Source: Ginglymostoma cirratum (lineage: Eukaryota). Taken from it: a stretch of DNA of 64,000 nucleotides. The notes beneath the pieces are model-generated. The model was not told the origin of the DNA. It worked only from the letters and a program-made list of their open reading frames with translations, and made no database searches. The DNA lies in the NCBI GenBank assembly GCA_024137785.1, contig JAHRHZ010000140.1:30609687-30673686 (forward strand), given 5' to 3'. Positions within the stretch are counted from its first letter, which is position 1, and the number at the start of each line of letters is the position of its first letter. Made by a program: the position numbers and the translations under genes. Below, in pieces: positions 63,531 through 64,000 of the stretch.

Positions 63531-64000
63531 TGCACTTTGTATAACAGCTGGTTTATTGCCTTCATACGGCTGGCTGCGGTAATGGTGAGCTCTGTGAAGG
63601 TTGCTGCATATCCCCACATTTGTATTAGAAAAATAATGAGAGAATTTTTAAATTGAGTGTTTTCTCAGCACTTTTCAACTAGAACCTGGATCTTGAAGTG
63701 TGAGTATGATGTCATACTAACATATACTTCCTAAGGTAATACAGACAAGAGGAAAATCTAGGTGCTCTCTGCTCACTTAGTAAGCCAATACCATATAATG
63801 TTTCTCATTTCTATTAGGCAACAGGGATCAGGTTGAAGGATTTTCGATAGCTAACTCTGACTAGACTTCCTTGATTTTTATCTTGATGGCTGTTTCTAGA
63901 ATTACACTGAAATTAACTTGTGCCTCAGTTTTGTTGATGTCACAGCTGTAAATGGAAGCACCTTTATGTTGGTTGCTCTATTGAATAAGTCATTGTTTGG

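Noticed and set aside
1-64000. CRISPR array, prokaryotic operon or rRNA
   Set aside because: No regularly spaced repeats, no gene-dense coding and no rRNA motifs; the sequence is vertebrate-type non-coding DNA.

Overview
Eukaryotic, AT-rich, mostly non-coding DNA. The repeat content (HE1-type tRNA SINEs, a Deu-domain SINE, CR1 and L2 LINE relics) points to a cartilaginous fish, probably a shark; this is an inference. There is a 400-N assembly gap at 26621-27020. No intact host protein-coding gene is supported: the ORF track is essentially noise, SINE read-through or retroelement fragments. Recognisable content: nine HE1 SINE copies; a dead PIF/Harbinger (HARBI1-like) transposase; a locally duplicated, intron-containing Harbinger Myb/SANT gene relic; a decayed Gypsy element; and about a dozen short (100-220 bp), often palindromic Penelope-like (PLE) elements. 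Several of these PLE elements have 11-15 bp target-site duplications and minimal type-I hammerhead ribozyme motifs, three with an intact catalytic core. Other notable features are a ~274 bp imperfect palindrome at 61528-61801, a TE-poor stretch at ~4.3-17.5 kb with enhancer-like sequence, and a candidate 45-nt microexon. All family assignments were made by eye from recalled motifs; no database search was run, and boundaries of old repeats are approximate.
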